Part shown: in pieces, positions 26,324 through 38,099 of the stretch
Layout of the letters: each line of letters begins with the position of its first letter
Position numbering within the stretch: the first letter of the stretch is position 1
Source: Octopus bimaculoides
Taxonomy: Eukaryota
Assembly: GCF_001194135.2 (NCBI RefSeq)
Contig: NC_068992.1
Span: forward strand, 48,911,803-48,962,133
DNA: 50,331 nucleotides
Reading direction: 5' to 3'
Position numbers and translations under genes: made by a program
Notes under the pieces: model-generated
What the model was told of the DNA's origin: nothing
Seen by the model: only the letters and a program-made list of their open reading frames with translations
Databases searched by the model: none

Positions 26324-26345
26324 CATCCATACATTATATATATGT
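25900..26345. repeat. (GATA)n / (TA)n / (CA)n block inside the PLE
   Basis: Seen directly. Confidence 0.95.
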
Positions 26346-26379
26346 GTGTTAGCCTTCATAGATTAGTCTTTATATTTTA

Positions 26380-26630
26380 CATTTATTACATAACAAGCCT
26401 GATAAACAGAAGCGTGGTTTATATCGAAATCATTATTAGTAAGTACTGTGTAGTAGGAATTACATAGTGGTTACTTTCAGAGAAATTCTCTTTGAGCTCT
26501 TTAACAATTTACACCGAAAAATTATTGTGGATTTAACCTTACACATTGTTAATTTCATAAATTTGAAAGCTTATTAATTCTACTCATTGAGGAAGCCAAA
26601 TGAAAAGCTACAGTACATTATTTTTTTATT
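26380..26630 (+). mobile_element. PLE reverse transcriptase fragment (catalytic motif region), pseudogenised
   Basis: GLYRNH at 26416-26433 is a decayed GLYRDD. It is followed by ELFNNLH.KIIVDLTL..VNF and RKPNEKLQYI (cf. GLKITIE.NL..VNFLD...YRKPN..P.YI). Confidence 0.75.
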
Positions 26631-26810
26631 AATTTACTCGTTTCAGCCATGCGGCTGCGGTCATGCTGGAGTATACCATTCGCTCTCATCAGTCAAATGA
26701 TACCGTTTTATAATGAAGGCATTAAACGCAGTAATTTTAATACTACAATTACTACTACTACTACTACTACTACTACAACTACTACTGCTACAACTACTAC
26801 TACTTCTAGT

Positions 26811-27024
26811 GAATGCACGTGGCTTAGTGGTTAGGGCATTCGGCTCGCGATCGCAAGGTCGTGAGTTCAATTCCTGGCGTCGCGTTGTGTCTTTGAGCAA
26901 GACACTTTATTTCACGTTACTCTGGACCACTCAGCTGGCAAAAATGAGTAGTACCTGCATTTTGAAGGGCCCAGCCTTGTCACACTCTGTGTCACTCTGA
27001 ATCCCCTTGAGAACTACATTAAGG
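26811..27024 (+). mobile_element. tRNA-headed SINE family A, 3'-truncated at the R4 insertion
   Basis: A box TGGCTTAGTGG (26820-26830), B box GTTCAATTCC (26865-26874), core and body. It stops at AAGGG, whereas the copy at 40144-40397 continues. Confidence 0.85.
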
Positions 27025-28240
27025 GAAATGAAAAATAATGTCTCTATAAAGTGCAAGGAGAAGGATTAGGAAGGTTCTCAAAACAAAATTAAATGAGGAA
27101 ACTATTATCAAAGCAATGGATAACACTGGCCATGTCGATATTGACATACTCTGCTTCTTTTCTGAAATAGACAAAGACAGAACTACAAGAAGTTAGATAG
27201 AACTAGGAAGCTGTTCACAATGCACTACACGCATCATCTTAAAAGTAACATCGTCGAGGTTCGTTAAATGCAGAAGACACCATTAGAACTGCAATATTAG
27301 ATTGGAAAAATTATTTTGAGCATAGTGGAGAAAGGATATCCAAAACTCACTGAAACAGTATGATAATGCAAAAGCAGAAAGGAAAACAATGGAACAAATA
27401 GCTAGAAAGAGAAGGAATTACGAGGCTAATTCATGCAACAAACAGATGTTGGAAATAAGGAATGTTTAATGTGACTGAGAGACAGAATCCTGAAAAGAGA
27501 AACTGAAACTAAATCGCTAAGTATACCTTCTCAAGATCAAATTAATTTCATAAAACCAAAACAGAGAGCAAATACCGAATCTGTGGAAAAATGAGACGAA
27601 AGTATGAATTCTCACGTAAGTGAATGGAGTAATAGGCACGAATGAATTATAAGTTCAAGTATGATTGTGTCGGGAAAAGAGTGCATAGGGAAGTTAGCCG
27701 AGTGTTTGAATTCAAAGGGATAAAAATTAGGGTATGAACAACATGGAATGGGGATTTATAATTACAAAATTTTTAGGGATTTCTCCACAAAGACTGATCA
27801 TGCGTATCAAACAAGGAAGCCAGATATAATCGTAGAGAACATGAAAACAAACGCTGTAAATTCATAAACATTGCCATATCACATGATGGTAGAAAGTCGC
27901 CAAAGAAATTGAGAAAATTGGAAATATCAGAATCTAACTAGAGATGAAAAGGGTGTGGAAGACCAAGGTAACAATTATTCTTGTGGTGGTTGGTAAAGTT
28001 GTCTCAATTCCCATACACCTACATGAAAGGCTAAAGGATTTTGGAATTGAAACATCTATTGCTGATCACCACCACCACCGTGCCGCCGCCGCCGCCGCCG
28101 CTGCTGCCGCCGCTGTCATTTTGTATTAAGAAAGAATTCTAAGAAATATTCTTGAAATTTGAGGAGACTTATTCTCGCCTAACCTCAAGACAGCGTTCTT
28201 GCTAACTAAAGTAACATTTAATAGTTATATAATAATAATG
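27025..28240 (+). mobile_element. R4/Dong-type non-LTR retrotransposon with restriction-like endonuclease, 5'-truncated and degenerate
   Basis: Frameshifted translation gives RRIRKVLKTKLN..IIKA (RT thumb region), a decayed zinc knuckle SKYRICGK (27567-27590) ... DCVGKRVH, RLE motif KPDIIV (27817-27834), and MKRVWKTKVTIILVVVG. The end RNILEI* has its stop at 28160-28162, followed by a short (TAA)n tail near 28228-28238. Confidence 0.85.
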
Positions 28241-28261
28241 TTTATTCTCAGGCATTATAAA

Positions 28262-28346
28262 ATTAGAAATCTTAGAATTATTTCGTTTAATGCCCCTTTT
28301 CATATTAATGTGATTGCTGAATATTTCTTTGAATTTATTCGATAAA
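28262..28346 (+). mobile_element. PLE RT-to-endonuclease linker fragment
   Basis: RIISFNAPFHINV at 28274-28312 resembles the PLE linker RIIWFNPPFS.NV. It runs into an N gap at 28347. Confidence 0.5.
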
Positions 28347-28604
28347 NNNNNNNNNNNNNNNNNNNNNNNNNNNNNNNNNNNNNNNNNNNNNNNNNNNNNN
28401 NNNNNNNNNNNNNNNNNNNNNNNNNNNNNNNNNNNNNNNNNNNNNNNNNNNNNNNNNNNNNNNNNNNNNNNNNNNNNNNNNNNNNNNNNNNNNNNNNNNN
28501 NNNNNNNNNNNNNNNNNNNNNNNNNNNNNNNNNNNNNNNNNNNNNNNNNNNNNNNNNNNNNNNNNNNNNNNNNNNNNNNNNNNNNNNNNNNNNNNNNNNN
28601 NNNN

Positions 28605-28643
<39 letters not shown>

Positions 28644-29189
28644 CAGGTATGTCTATAGGTATGTAAATAAATACCTACACATATACACATACACGCACAT
28701 ACATACATATAAAACACACACACATATATACACACACACGTGTGTGTGGGGTTCCCTAGCGGACGGTTATTAGAAGGGAAGTAATCATTTCTTCGTTATA
28801 TATTTGGTAGGATTAGAAGTTTTTAGGGAGATACGTACAATTACCCATTCAGTTTTTTGCTTACTTTTTACACACACATATATATAAACATATACGTATG
28901 TATTTATATATGTGTGTATGTATGTATGTATGTATGTATGTATGTATGAATGTGTGTGTGTGTGTATGTATGTATGTTTGTATGTATGTATGTATGTTCG
29001 TGCGTGTGTGTGCAGGTGTGTGTGTGTGTGTGCGTGTGAATGTATGTTTTTATTTGAGTTTCTTTTTAGTTTTTTTCAAGAGAATTCAAGCCGGTCGCTA
29101 ACAAAATGACAAGACTTTTTGAGTTAAGAAAATTCCCGGTGTTTGTAAATATCTAGGTGAGTTGGTGTGTTGGTTGAACTGTCAATGCA

Positions 29190-29535
29190 CGCAACGAAGT
29201 GTGTGCTTCTATTCATCTAAAGAATCACAGTTGGATAATCTTTGAAATGTCTTACAAATCTTCACTGTACCGCCAATAGATTGGATTTGGAGAATGTGCG
29301 TCAATTTCTTTTGCTCTTTTCAAAACAACTTAGAATTCCAGGGTTTTTGTGTAAATCTATAGGTACATGATCTCAAGCACTAATAGTCATAGATACAAAT
29401 GAAAAGTTATAGTCAAGGTACAAAAGCTCTAAGTTCCGCAGTAATTCACTATAAATGTTCTCTTTTTCCTGGATTTCGATGGTACATTCACATCTGGGCA
29501 GCTGACCTCTACAGCTGTGCATGAATTTTGTTCCT
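29190..29535 (-). mobile_element. 3' end of the same RLE-type LINE family (copy 2, more decayed)
   Basis: Aligns by eye over about 340 bp with 24005-24365 in the same orientation (shared GGATTTGGAGAATG, TTTTTGTGTAAATCT, CTGGGCAGC.GACCTCTACA). Reads FVSMTISA*DHV at the PIIIGALG position. Confidence 0.7.
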
Positions 29536-30209
29536 TGTCCTACGGAGTAATATCAGGTCTATTGTGTTTGCACACAATTGCTATTTATAATTGACGTGTT
29601 CTACTACTATTCCTTTTTTTTAAAGGTTTGAATACGTTCTGTTTCTGCTATGCCTTCATTTCTTCCCCTTACATAGATCCTCTCCGTTGTCACTATCGAT
29701 GTGGAACCTGCCAGTGGTGGTCAGTATCTTTCTGACCAAGGTTTTGATGTCTAAGCTACGAATCTCGTCAAGTGTGCAATCAAAACATACATACATACAT
29801 ATATATGTATGTATGTAAGCTCGCGTGTGTGTATGTATGTGTGTGTGCGCGTGTGTGTGTGTGTATTTAACTTTAGGTCGTTCTCACTTTGGGACGATCT
29901 AAGCCTGCAACAACAGTTGTGCAAACTTTTAAAACTGAAAATCTACGTATTCTCTATCCAGTACTATATAATTGTAGTCTACTTCTATTGAACCAATTTC
30001 AATGAAGAGATTACATAATACATGTGTGTATACGTGTGTTTGTGTGTATGTGTGCGTAAATGAGTGTGCGTCTGTGTGTGCATTTATATGTGTGCGTATA
30101 TATATAAATATATATATATATATGGGTGTGTGTGTGTGTGTACGAGTGTCTATATACGTATATGCGTGTATGTACGTATATATATGTGCGTGTGCGTGCG
30201 TCTGTGTGC

Positions 30210-30249
<40 letters not shown>

Positions 30250-31589
30250 NNNNNNNNNNNNNNNNNNNNNNNNNNNNNNNNNNNNNNNNNNNNNNNNNNN
30301 NNNNNNNNNNNNNNNNNNNNNNNNNNNNNNNNNNNNNNNNNNNNNNNNNNNNNNNNNNNNNNNNNNNNNNNNNNNNNNNNNNNNNNNNNNNNNNNNNNNN
30401 NNNNNNNNNNNNNNNNNNNNNNNNNNNNNNNNNNNNNNNNNNNNNNNNNNNNNNNNNNNNNNNNNNNNNNNNNNNNNNNNNNNNNNNNNNNNNNNNNNNN
30501 NNNNNNNNNNNNNNNNNNNNNNNNNNNNNNNNNNNNNNNNNNNNNNNNNNNNNNNNNNNNNNNNNNNNNNNNNNNNNNNNNNNNNNNNNNNNNNNNNNNN
30601 NNNNNNNNNNNNNNNNNNNNNNNNNNNNNNNNNNNNNNNNNNNNNNNNNNNNNNNNNNNNNNNNNNNNNNNNNNNNNNNNNNNNNNNNNNNNNNNNNNNN
30701 NNNNNNNNNNNNNNNNNNNNNNNNNNNNNNNNNNNNNNNNNNNNNNNNNNNNNNNNNNNNNNNNNNNNNNNNNNNNNNNNNNNNNNNNNNNNNNNNNNNN
30801 NNNNNTATATATATATATAAAAATACATATATAAATATACCTTGCTACTCTAGTTTTGCATGTGGATGCATGTCCTTTGCTTCGCTGATCCTTTTGCCTA
30901 TGCCTGTATGTATGTATGTATGTATGCATGTATGTATGTATGTATGTATGTATGTACAAATTAGGGAGAAGAACGTAAAAGACAGTTTCATACCACTTAT
31001 TCTATACAATTCATATGTTAATATTCAATTGTAAATGCAATCACGCAATGCAGATACATGGACCGTATGCATTTAGTAGTAAATATTCTCATCCACTACC
31101 TCTACCATGACATACACCTTCACATACACTCACATACACACAGATACACTAACATAAACCAACATTATTCACAAACACACATTCATTTTCACTAAGGTGC
31201 CCTTAAACTATAGTAAAATCGTTTTTGATTCATATGTAGCTCTGATAACTTGCAGATACAAAAAAAAACCTTAAATGGTGTTTAACGGTTTTACAGCGAT
31301 AAAATAGTAGTCTGAAAGCTGTGATGGGAGGAAAATGGCGATAAAGCAGTAGTTAAAGCAATAGTTAACTGTTTGAAACAAAAACAAAAATCGATGTAGT
31401 CAAATGATTTTAATTGGCGAATCAATATTTATCTGATTCGATAATGAGAATTGATGGGTTTGTGTTGTAATATGGCGTACCATTTACCACTGGTATAGTC
31501 CGTCGATGGAGACAGACGCGACTTATAAATTGCAGCTGTTATGTCTATGTCTGTGTGTGTTTAATAATGACAAGGTAGAAAAGAAAAGC

Positions 31590-31596
31590 AGCAGCG

Positions 31597-31645
<49 letters not shown>

Positions 31646-31765
31646 CAGCAGCAGCGGCGGCGGCACGGTGGTGGTGGTGGTGGTGGTGGTGGTGGTGGAA
31701 AATGATGATAATGACGATGACGACGATGACGATCATGCTGATGATGACGACCGACCACGATGACC
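31590..31765. repeat. Compound trinucleotide tract (TAG)(CAG)(CGG)(TGG)(GAT/GAC)
   Basis: Seen directly. Confidence 0.95.
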
Positions 31766-32040
31766 ACGACCATTCGACGATGATTAGGCGGAGGATGATT
31801 TAATAGAAGGCGGTGGCGGAGAGGAAACATGAGGAGAATGAGGAGGAGCAGCAGCAGGTAGAGGAGGGAGTAGAGGGGGCACAGAGGAAGGATGACCGAC
31901 AACAACTACCACGCTACCCACTAGTTTACCACTGTCACCAAAATTAAGAAGGGTAGTCGTGATATGCTTTGGAGATATTCTCCTTACAGGTATAACGTTA
32001 GAGTTTAGTACATGGCACCAACAGTCTTGCATTTATCTCT

Positions 32041-32272
32041 ATCTTTTACTAGTTTCCGTCATTTGACTACGACCATGCTGGGGCATCGCCTTCAAGCGTT
32101 TTAGTCGAACAACTCGACTCCAGGACGTACTTTTTAAGTCTAGTGCTTATTCTATTGGGTCTCTTTTGCCGAACCTCTAAGTAACAGGGACGTAAACAAA
32201 CCAGCACCGGTTGCCAAGAGATGGTGGGGGACAAATAGAGACACAAAAACACACACACATAGATATATGTAC

Positions 32273-32313
<41 letters not shown>

Positions 32314-33192
32314 NNNNNNNNNNNNNNNNNNNNNNNNNNNNNNNNNNNNNNNNNNNNNNNNNNNNNNNNNNNNNNNNNNNNNNNNNNNNNNNNNNNNNNN
32401 NNNNNNNNNNNNNNNNNNNNNNNNNNNNNNNNNNNNNNNNNNNNNNNNNNNNNNNNNNNNNNNNNNNNNNNNNNNNNNNNNNNNNNNNNNNNNNNNNNNN
32501 NNNNNNNNNNNNNNNNNNNNNNNNNNNNNNNNNNNNNNNNNNNNNNNNNNNNNNNNNNNNNNNNNNNNNNNNNNNNNNNNNNNNNNNNNNNNNNNNNNNN
32601 NNNNNNNNNNNNNNNNNNNNNNNNNNNNNNNNNNNNNNNNNNNNNNNNNNNNNNNNNNNNNNNNNNNNNNNNNNNNNNNNNNNNNNNNNNNNNNNNNNNN
32701 NNNNNNNNNNNNNNNNNNNNNNNNNNNNNNNNNNNNNNNNNNNNNNNNNNNNNNNNNNNNNNNNNNNNNNNNNNNNNNNNNNNNNNNNNNNNNNNNNNNN
32801 NNNNNNNNNNNNNNNNNNNNNNNNNNNNNNNNNNNNNNNNNNNNNNNNNNNNNNNNNNNNNNNNNNNNNNNNNNNNNNNNNNNNNNNNNNNNNNNNNNNN
32901 NNNNNNNNNNNNNNNNNNNNNNNNNNNNNNNNNNNNNNNNNNNNNNNNNNNNNNNNNNNNNNNNNNNNNNNNNNNNNNNNNNNNNNNNNNNNNNNNNNNN
33001 NNNNNNNNNNNNNNNNNNNNNNNNNNNNNNNNNNNNNNNNNNNNNNNNNNNNNNNNNNNNNNNNNNNNNNNNNNNNNNNNNNNNNNNNNNNNNNNNNNNN
33101 NNNNNNNNNNNNNNNNNNNNNNNNNNNNNNNNNNNNNNNNNNNNNNNNNNNNNNNNNNNNNNNNNNNNNNNNNNNNNNNNNNNNNNNNNNNN

Positions 33193-33226
<34 letters not shown>

Positions 33227-33377
33227 GACGGGCTTCCTTCAGTTTCCATCTACCAAAGATCCACTCACAAGGCTTTGGTCGGCCCGAAGCTATAGTAGAA
33301 GATACTTGGCCCAAGTGCCACGCAGTGGGACTGAACCCAAAACCATGTAGTTGGGAAGCAAGCTTCTTACCACTCCT
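32041..33377 (-). mobile_element. tRNA-headed SINE family D with an internal (CA)/(TA) microsatellite spanning an N gap
   Basis: Head at 33223-33377 (reverse complement ..GGTAAGAAGCTTGCTTCCCAACTACATGGTTTTGGGTTCAGTCCCACTGCGTGGCACTTGGG..) is homologous to 41081-41188. The 3' part lies at 32041-32250, and the gap at 32314-33192 falls inside the TA tract. Joining the two parts into one element is an inference. Confidence 0.7.
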
Positions 33378-33390
33378 GCGCTTACACTCC

Positions 33391-33515
33391 TGTGTCTGTG
33401 TGTTTGTCCTCCACCACGAGGCTTAAAAATTGGGGGCGATTCCTTCGACCAAAATCCTTGAAGTCGATGCCCTAACATGGTTGCAGTCCAATTACTGAAA
33501 CAAGAAAAAGAGAAA
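33391..33515 (+). mobile_element. SINE family D 3' fragment, opposite orientation
   Basis: GGGGGCGATTCCTTCGACCAAAA...GTCGATGCCCTAACATGGTTGCAGTCCAATTACTGAAACAAGAAAAAG is the reverse-complement homolog of 32041-32130. Confidence 0.65.
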
Positions 33516-33734
33516 AACATACACACACACATACACACATACATGTATTTATGGTATTTTAACATCGGCGCTAAGGAGTTTAGAACTGACCTTGTACATC
33601 CCAACTGGATCTTAAAAATCATTTATACATATCTTACATTGTATGTGTGAGTCAAAGAGGTACAGACAGACAGAAATTGCGTCAGTTACATTGTAAATTC
33701 CTTCTTCCATAAACAACTATTTCTACGACATATA

Positions 33735-33845
33735 AGGCCGGTTGTAAGGCAAGAGTTAATATACATATTATAAAGAACCAAAATGAATTTTTAAATAAAC
33801 GAAATGAATATGACATCAGTAATGAGAAGAAAAATATCAAGTAAT
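33735..33845 (+). mobile_element. PLE GIY-YIG endonuclease C-terminal fragment
   Basis: RQELI (33747-33761), then a 2-nt slip, then HIIKNQNEFLNKRNE (33764-33808). This resembles the PLE end motif C.LC..E...I......LNKR.E. The cysteines are decayed. Confidence 0.45.
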
Positions 33846-34419
33846 GTTTATATTTTTACCAACACTTAACAATGTGTTCTTCATGCAGAAGGCATTCATG
33901 GGAATTTTCCCATGTCATACAAACCATACATTAGTATAACCTCCAAGGCACCTCACGTGATTTTTCTTTGAAACGCTACATAGAATTCTCTAGAATCGTT
34001 CAAATATAATCAAACTGAGACGAAATACTTGGTAGCAGAACGATCAAACAAACTCAGAAGAAAGTATTTATTAATCACTGTACGTTCATTAATTTTATTC
34101 AAGTAATTTAAATTTCTTTAAAATTTCGTATATGATTAAAATAATGGCTGTATCAATAGCACAATATGGCCGATCTCGTCTCCCTTAAAATATACCATAC
34201 TAATTTACACTGCAGACGAAACTTTTCATGCCAAGATGAAAGAGACGGTAAAGTAACCTCGTGATTAACAACTGGCATATCTTGATCAACTAAATATATC
34301 AAAGCTTTATTGGAAGTTTTAAGATATTCCTGGGAAACATCCTACTCTTACTCTTTCCCTCGCGTCTTGGACGACGGTGCCTCGTAATGTTTTATGTGTC
34401 AGCGTGCGCTACTGGATAG

Positions 34420-34440
34420 AGAATAATAATAATAATGATG

Positions 34441-34501
<61 letters not shown>

Positions 34502-34503
34502 TC

Positions 34504-34558
<55 letters not shown>
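34420..34558. repeat. (AAT)n microsatellite
   Basis: Seen directly. Confidence 0.95.
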
Positions 34559-34559
<1 letters not shown>

Positions 34560-35218
34560 GAACTGTAAATGTGAATCAAAAGAAGGTGTATATAGTTATG
34601 TTATATACTCCTGGAATCATATATTTTAGTTTCCCATAGTTAAATTATTCTTCGATGTTGAGTTCTGTATAGTTAATGGATATTTAAACATGCCGAATGT
34701 AACATTGTTCAGATAAGAATTCTTCAACAATTCCAATTTTAACTACTTTCAATGTTTACCATTGGTTCGATTTCGATATTCCGCAGTAGTGTTCGGCGTT
34801 AAGTTGATCTCGTGACAATTGTAATTAAACACGCGAGATCTGGTAAAATACTTCTGATACGTGCACACAGTATTTCAGTGGTATTTCACGCAACTCAACG
34901 TTGATGACTTTGCTTTTGTGAAGCCACTGTTGTTGTAGTAGTGGTATTTGTTGTTGTTGCTGTTCTTCTTCTTCTTGTTTAGTTCCATCTCATCCCTTAC
35001 TAATCAGACCTATGCTTTAAAATGCTCCATGCGTGAAAATTTGCCTGTCTAGAATTACATTATCCAAGGCATTCTTCCTTCTTTAAGACACTTGCTGTGA
35101 TTGGAGGAAAAAATTGTGAGTTGTGATTTCTATTTCTAGTAAGTCGAACAACAATATTGAGACTCCTTAAACTTTCTCCCTTTGGTGTTATTTCTTCAAG
35201 CTGTACCCTCTCCAAATG

Positions 35219-35432
35219 TGGAGGCGCAATGGCCCAGTGCTTAGGGCAGCGGACTCGCGGTCACAGGATCGCGGTTTCGCTTCCCAGACCGGGCGTTGTG
35301 AGTGTTTATTGAGCAGAATATTTATTGTAGCCCGTCTTTTCACAGCAAGAGAAAACATATACATGACAACACTTCCAATCAGTTAAGGTCAGAAGCCATG
35401 ATAACCACTCCCTGATACTGCAACAGAGCTAT
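35219..35432 (+). mobile_element. Chimeric SINE: tRNA head joined to the 3' end of the 35530-36047 repeat
   Basis: A-box-like TGGCCCAGTGCTTAG and B-box-like GGTTTCGCTTCCC. From TATTGAGC (35307-35314) onward it matches 35914-36045, followed by an (ATT)n tail. Confidence 0.7.
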
Positions 35433-35462
35433 CATTATTATTATATGTTTGACTTTTACTTT

Positions 35463-35515
<53 letters not shown>

Positions 35516-35529
35516 GTTGTTGTTGTTGT

Positions 35530-36047
35530 GTGAGAGAGCAATGCATGCCATCAAATATACTCGTCATGGCTATGTCTCATAAGGGTACACCAGGCACATG
35601 CATCACAACCATATGTACGTGACATGGCGATCTCATATCAAGATATACAGTGCATGACCTCGCAGGTTTGGGCCTGTTAGAATTTTCTTCAGGTCAAGTA
35701 GCCCATTCCACTCAAAAGGGTTGAATAAGGGTTGTTTAAGGATGTTGAACGAAACACCCATGTTTCCAGAGGTGAATTATTCAAACTCCAAAGAACACAT
35801 GGATATGATGCTACCCCACTACTCCTGCTCGAGATCAGTGATATACATATCGTTAGCTACTAAGGGACATGTTCACCCAGTTAAAGTTAAGCAACTGACA
35901 AGCAAATCTGTGGTATTGAGCAGAATATTTGCTGAAGCTCATCTTTCATACCAAGACAACCAAGACAAAACGCGTGCATGATAATACTTCCAAGCAGTTA
36001 AGATGAGAAGCCATGAGAGCCACTGCCTGGTACTGCATTAGCGCATT
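35530..36047 (+). mobile_element. About 520-bp non-coding retroposon-like repeat with a trinucleotide tail
   Basis: The 3' 130 bp is duplicated at 35307-35432 (CAGTTAAG.T.AGAAGCCATGA.A.CCACT.CCTG.TACTGCA). It ends in a (CAT)n tract. Confidence 0.55.
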
Positions 36048-36270
36048 ATCATCATCATCATCATCATCACCATCATCATCACTATCATCACCATCATCAT
36101 CATTTTTATTATTACAACTATTACTTCTGTTATTGTCATTATTATTATTATTGTCATCATCATCATCATCAACATCATCATCATCAACATCATCATCATC
36201 AACATCATCATCATAACCATCATCATCATTGTTTATTATTATCATTATTATTATTACCATTATTATTATA
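36045..36270. repeat. (CAT)n/(TAT)n tract
   Basis: Seen directly. Confidence 0.95.
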
Positions 36271-38099
36271 AATTTAGAGGACTGTTTTATTCATTAGGTT
36301 TTTATATTTCGCTTATTCATGATTTGTTTTGTTTATTTAATTTTTTTTTTCATTTTTGTTGTTGTTTTTTTCAATTATATAATTGCTTATATTTTATGTA
36401 TGTATTATTATGATTATTATTTAAATTGTTTTCCTGTTTATTTTTTTATATATTTATAGAATTTTTTGTTTGATTTTTATTTTTGTTTTTTTTTTTTTGT
36501 AAATTTATTTCTAAAGCTATATTCACTTCAATAATTAATGGTAACCAAAATTAATACATCATTGCAAATAAGTTGCAAATAACGGTTTATTTTCTTCGAC
36601 AAGAAAAATTATTACACAGATGAATAATGACAAAATATCTGAGAGACTAAAAAATATACATATATAGAAAACAAAATAAAAATCGAAAATAAAATGTGAT
36701 ATTAGTTTATGTTTGTTTGTGTTGCTTTCTTTTTTGTGTTTTTCTTTTTTTTTTTGTTATGAAAATTATAATTTGTGTCGAAAATTGAAATTTATATGGT
36801 TTGAAAAATTGCAATTTTCAAGAAGAAATCTTTAATTACAGAGTTTGAAAATTGAAATTTAAAACAAAATTGCAAGACTTCAAATACAACATGTCCATGC
36901 TTGTGTACCTGTGTGTAAATATATATACACGTTTANNNNNNNNNNNNNNNNNNNNNNNNNNNNNNNNNNNNNNNNNNNNNNNNNNNNNNNNNNNNNNNNN
37001 NNNNNNNNNNNNNNNNNNNNNNNNNNNNNNNNNNNNNNNNNNNNNNNNNNNNNNNNNNNNNNNNNNNNNNNNNNNNNNNNNNNNNNNNNNNNNNNNNNNN
37101 NNNNNNNNNNNNNNNNNNNNNNNNNNNNNNNNNNNNNNNNNNNNNNNNNNNNNNNNNNNNNNNNNNNNNNNNNNNNNNNNNNNNNNNNNNNNNNNNNNNN
37201 NNNNNNNNNNNNNNNNNNNNNNNNNNNNNNNNNNNNNNNNNNNNNNNNNNNNNNNNNNNNNNNNNNNNNNNNNNNNNNNNNNNNNNNNNNNNNNNNNNNN
37301 NNNNNNNNNNNNNNNNNNNNNNNNNNNNNNNNNNNNNNNNNNNNNNNNNNNNNNNNNNNNNNNNNNNNNNNNNNNNNNNNNNNNNNNNNNNNNNNNNNNN
37401 NNNNNNNNNNNNNNNNNNNNNNNNNNNNNNNNNNNNNNNNNNNNNNNNNNNNNNNNNNNNNNNNNNNNNNNNNNNNNNNNNNNNNNNNNNNNNNNNNNNN
37501 NNNNNNNNNNNNNNNNNNNNNNNNNNNNNNNNNNNNNNNNNNNNNNNNNNNNNNNNNNNNNNATATATATATATATATATATAATGTATATGTATGTATA
37601 TGTATTAACAAGTTTGCATTGCTAAAAGTTTCATAGACGTAAAGGTCTCGTTTGATCGTTCGGATGTGATAATACTGGGTGGTGAGGCAACGACGACATC
37701 TAACTACATAAATACATACATACAAACATTCAAACATCTATATATGCGTGCGTATGTGTGTTCGTGTTTATGTGCGTGTGCGTGTCTTTGTATGTGAGTG
37801 TCTGTGTGTGCGTGTGTATGCGGGAAAAGATGAAAAAGTATATTTTCACCTATAATGTACCAATTGTGGTTTGTTGGATAATGAGTTTACAACCACACAA
37901 GACTTGATGAATCCTTTTATCTTTTCAGGTTTCAGGTTCTGCTGTTCGGTAATAGTTAATACTACATTGTTGTTAGGCGGTTGACATTATCTCTTCGTGA
38001 TCAGGTGATTTTCTAGAAATAGCAGTGAAATTTCACTCAAATCACATTATTACCATCTGAAGTAAAACTAAGGACACTTTAGATATTTGTAGTCGTATA

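Noticed and set aside
34215-34260. Hairpin CTTTTCAT-GCCAAG-ATGAAAG flanked by CAGACGA and GAGAC as a decayed hammerhead
   Set aside because: Both catalytic cores are mismatched and stem I is absent.
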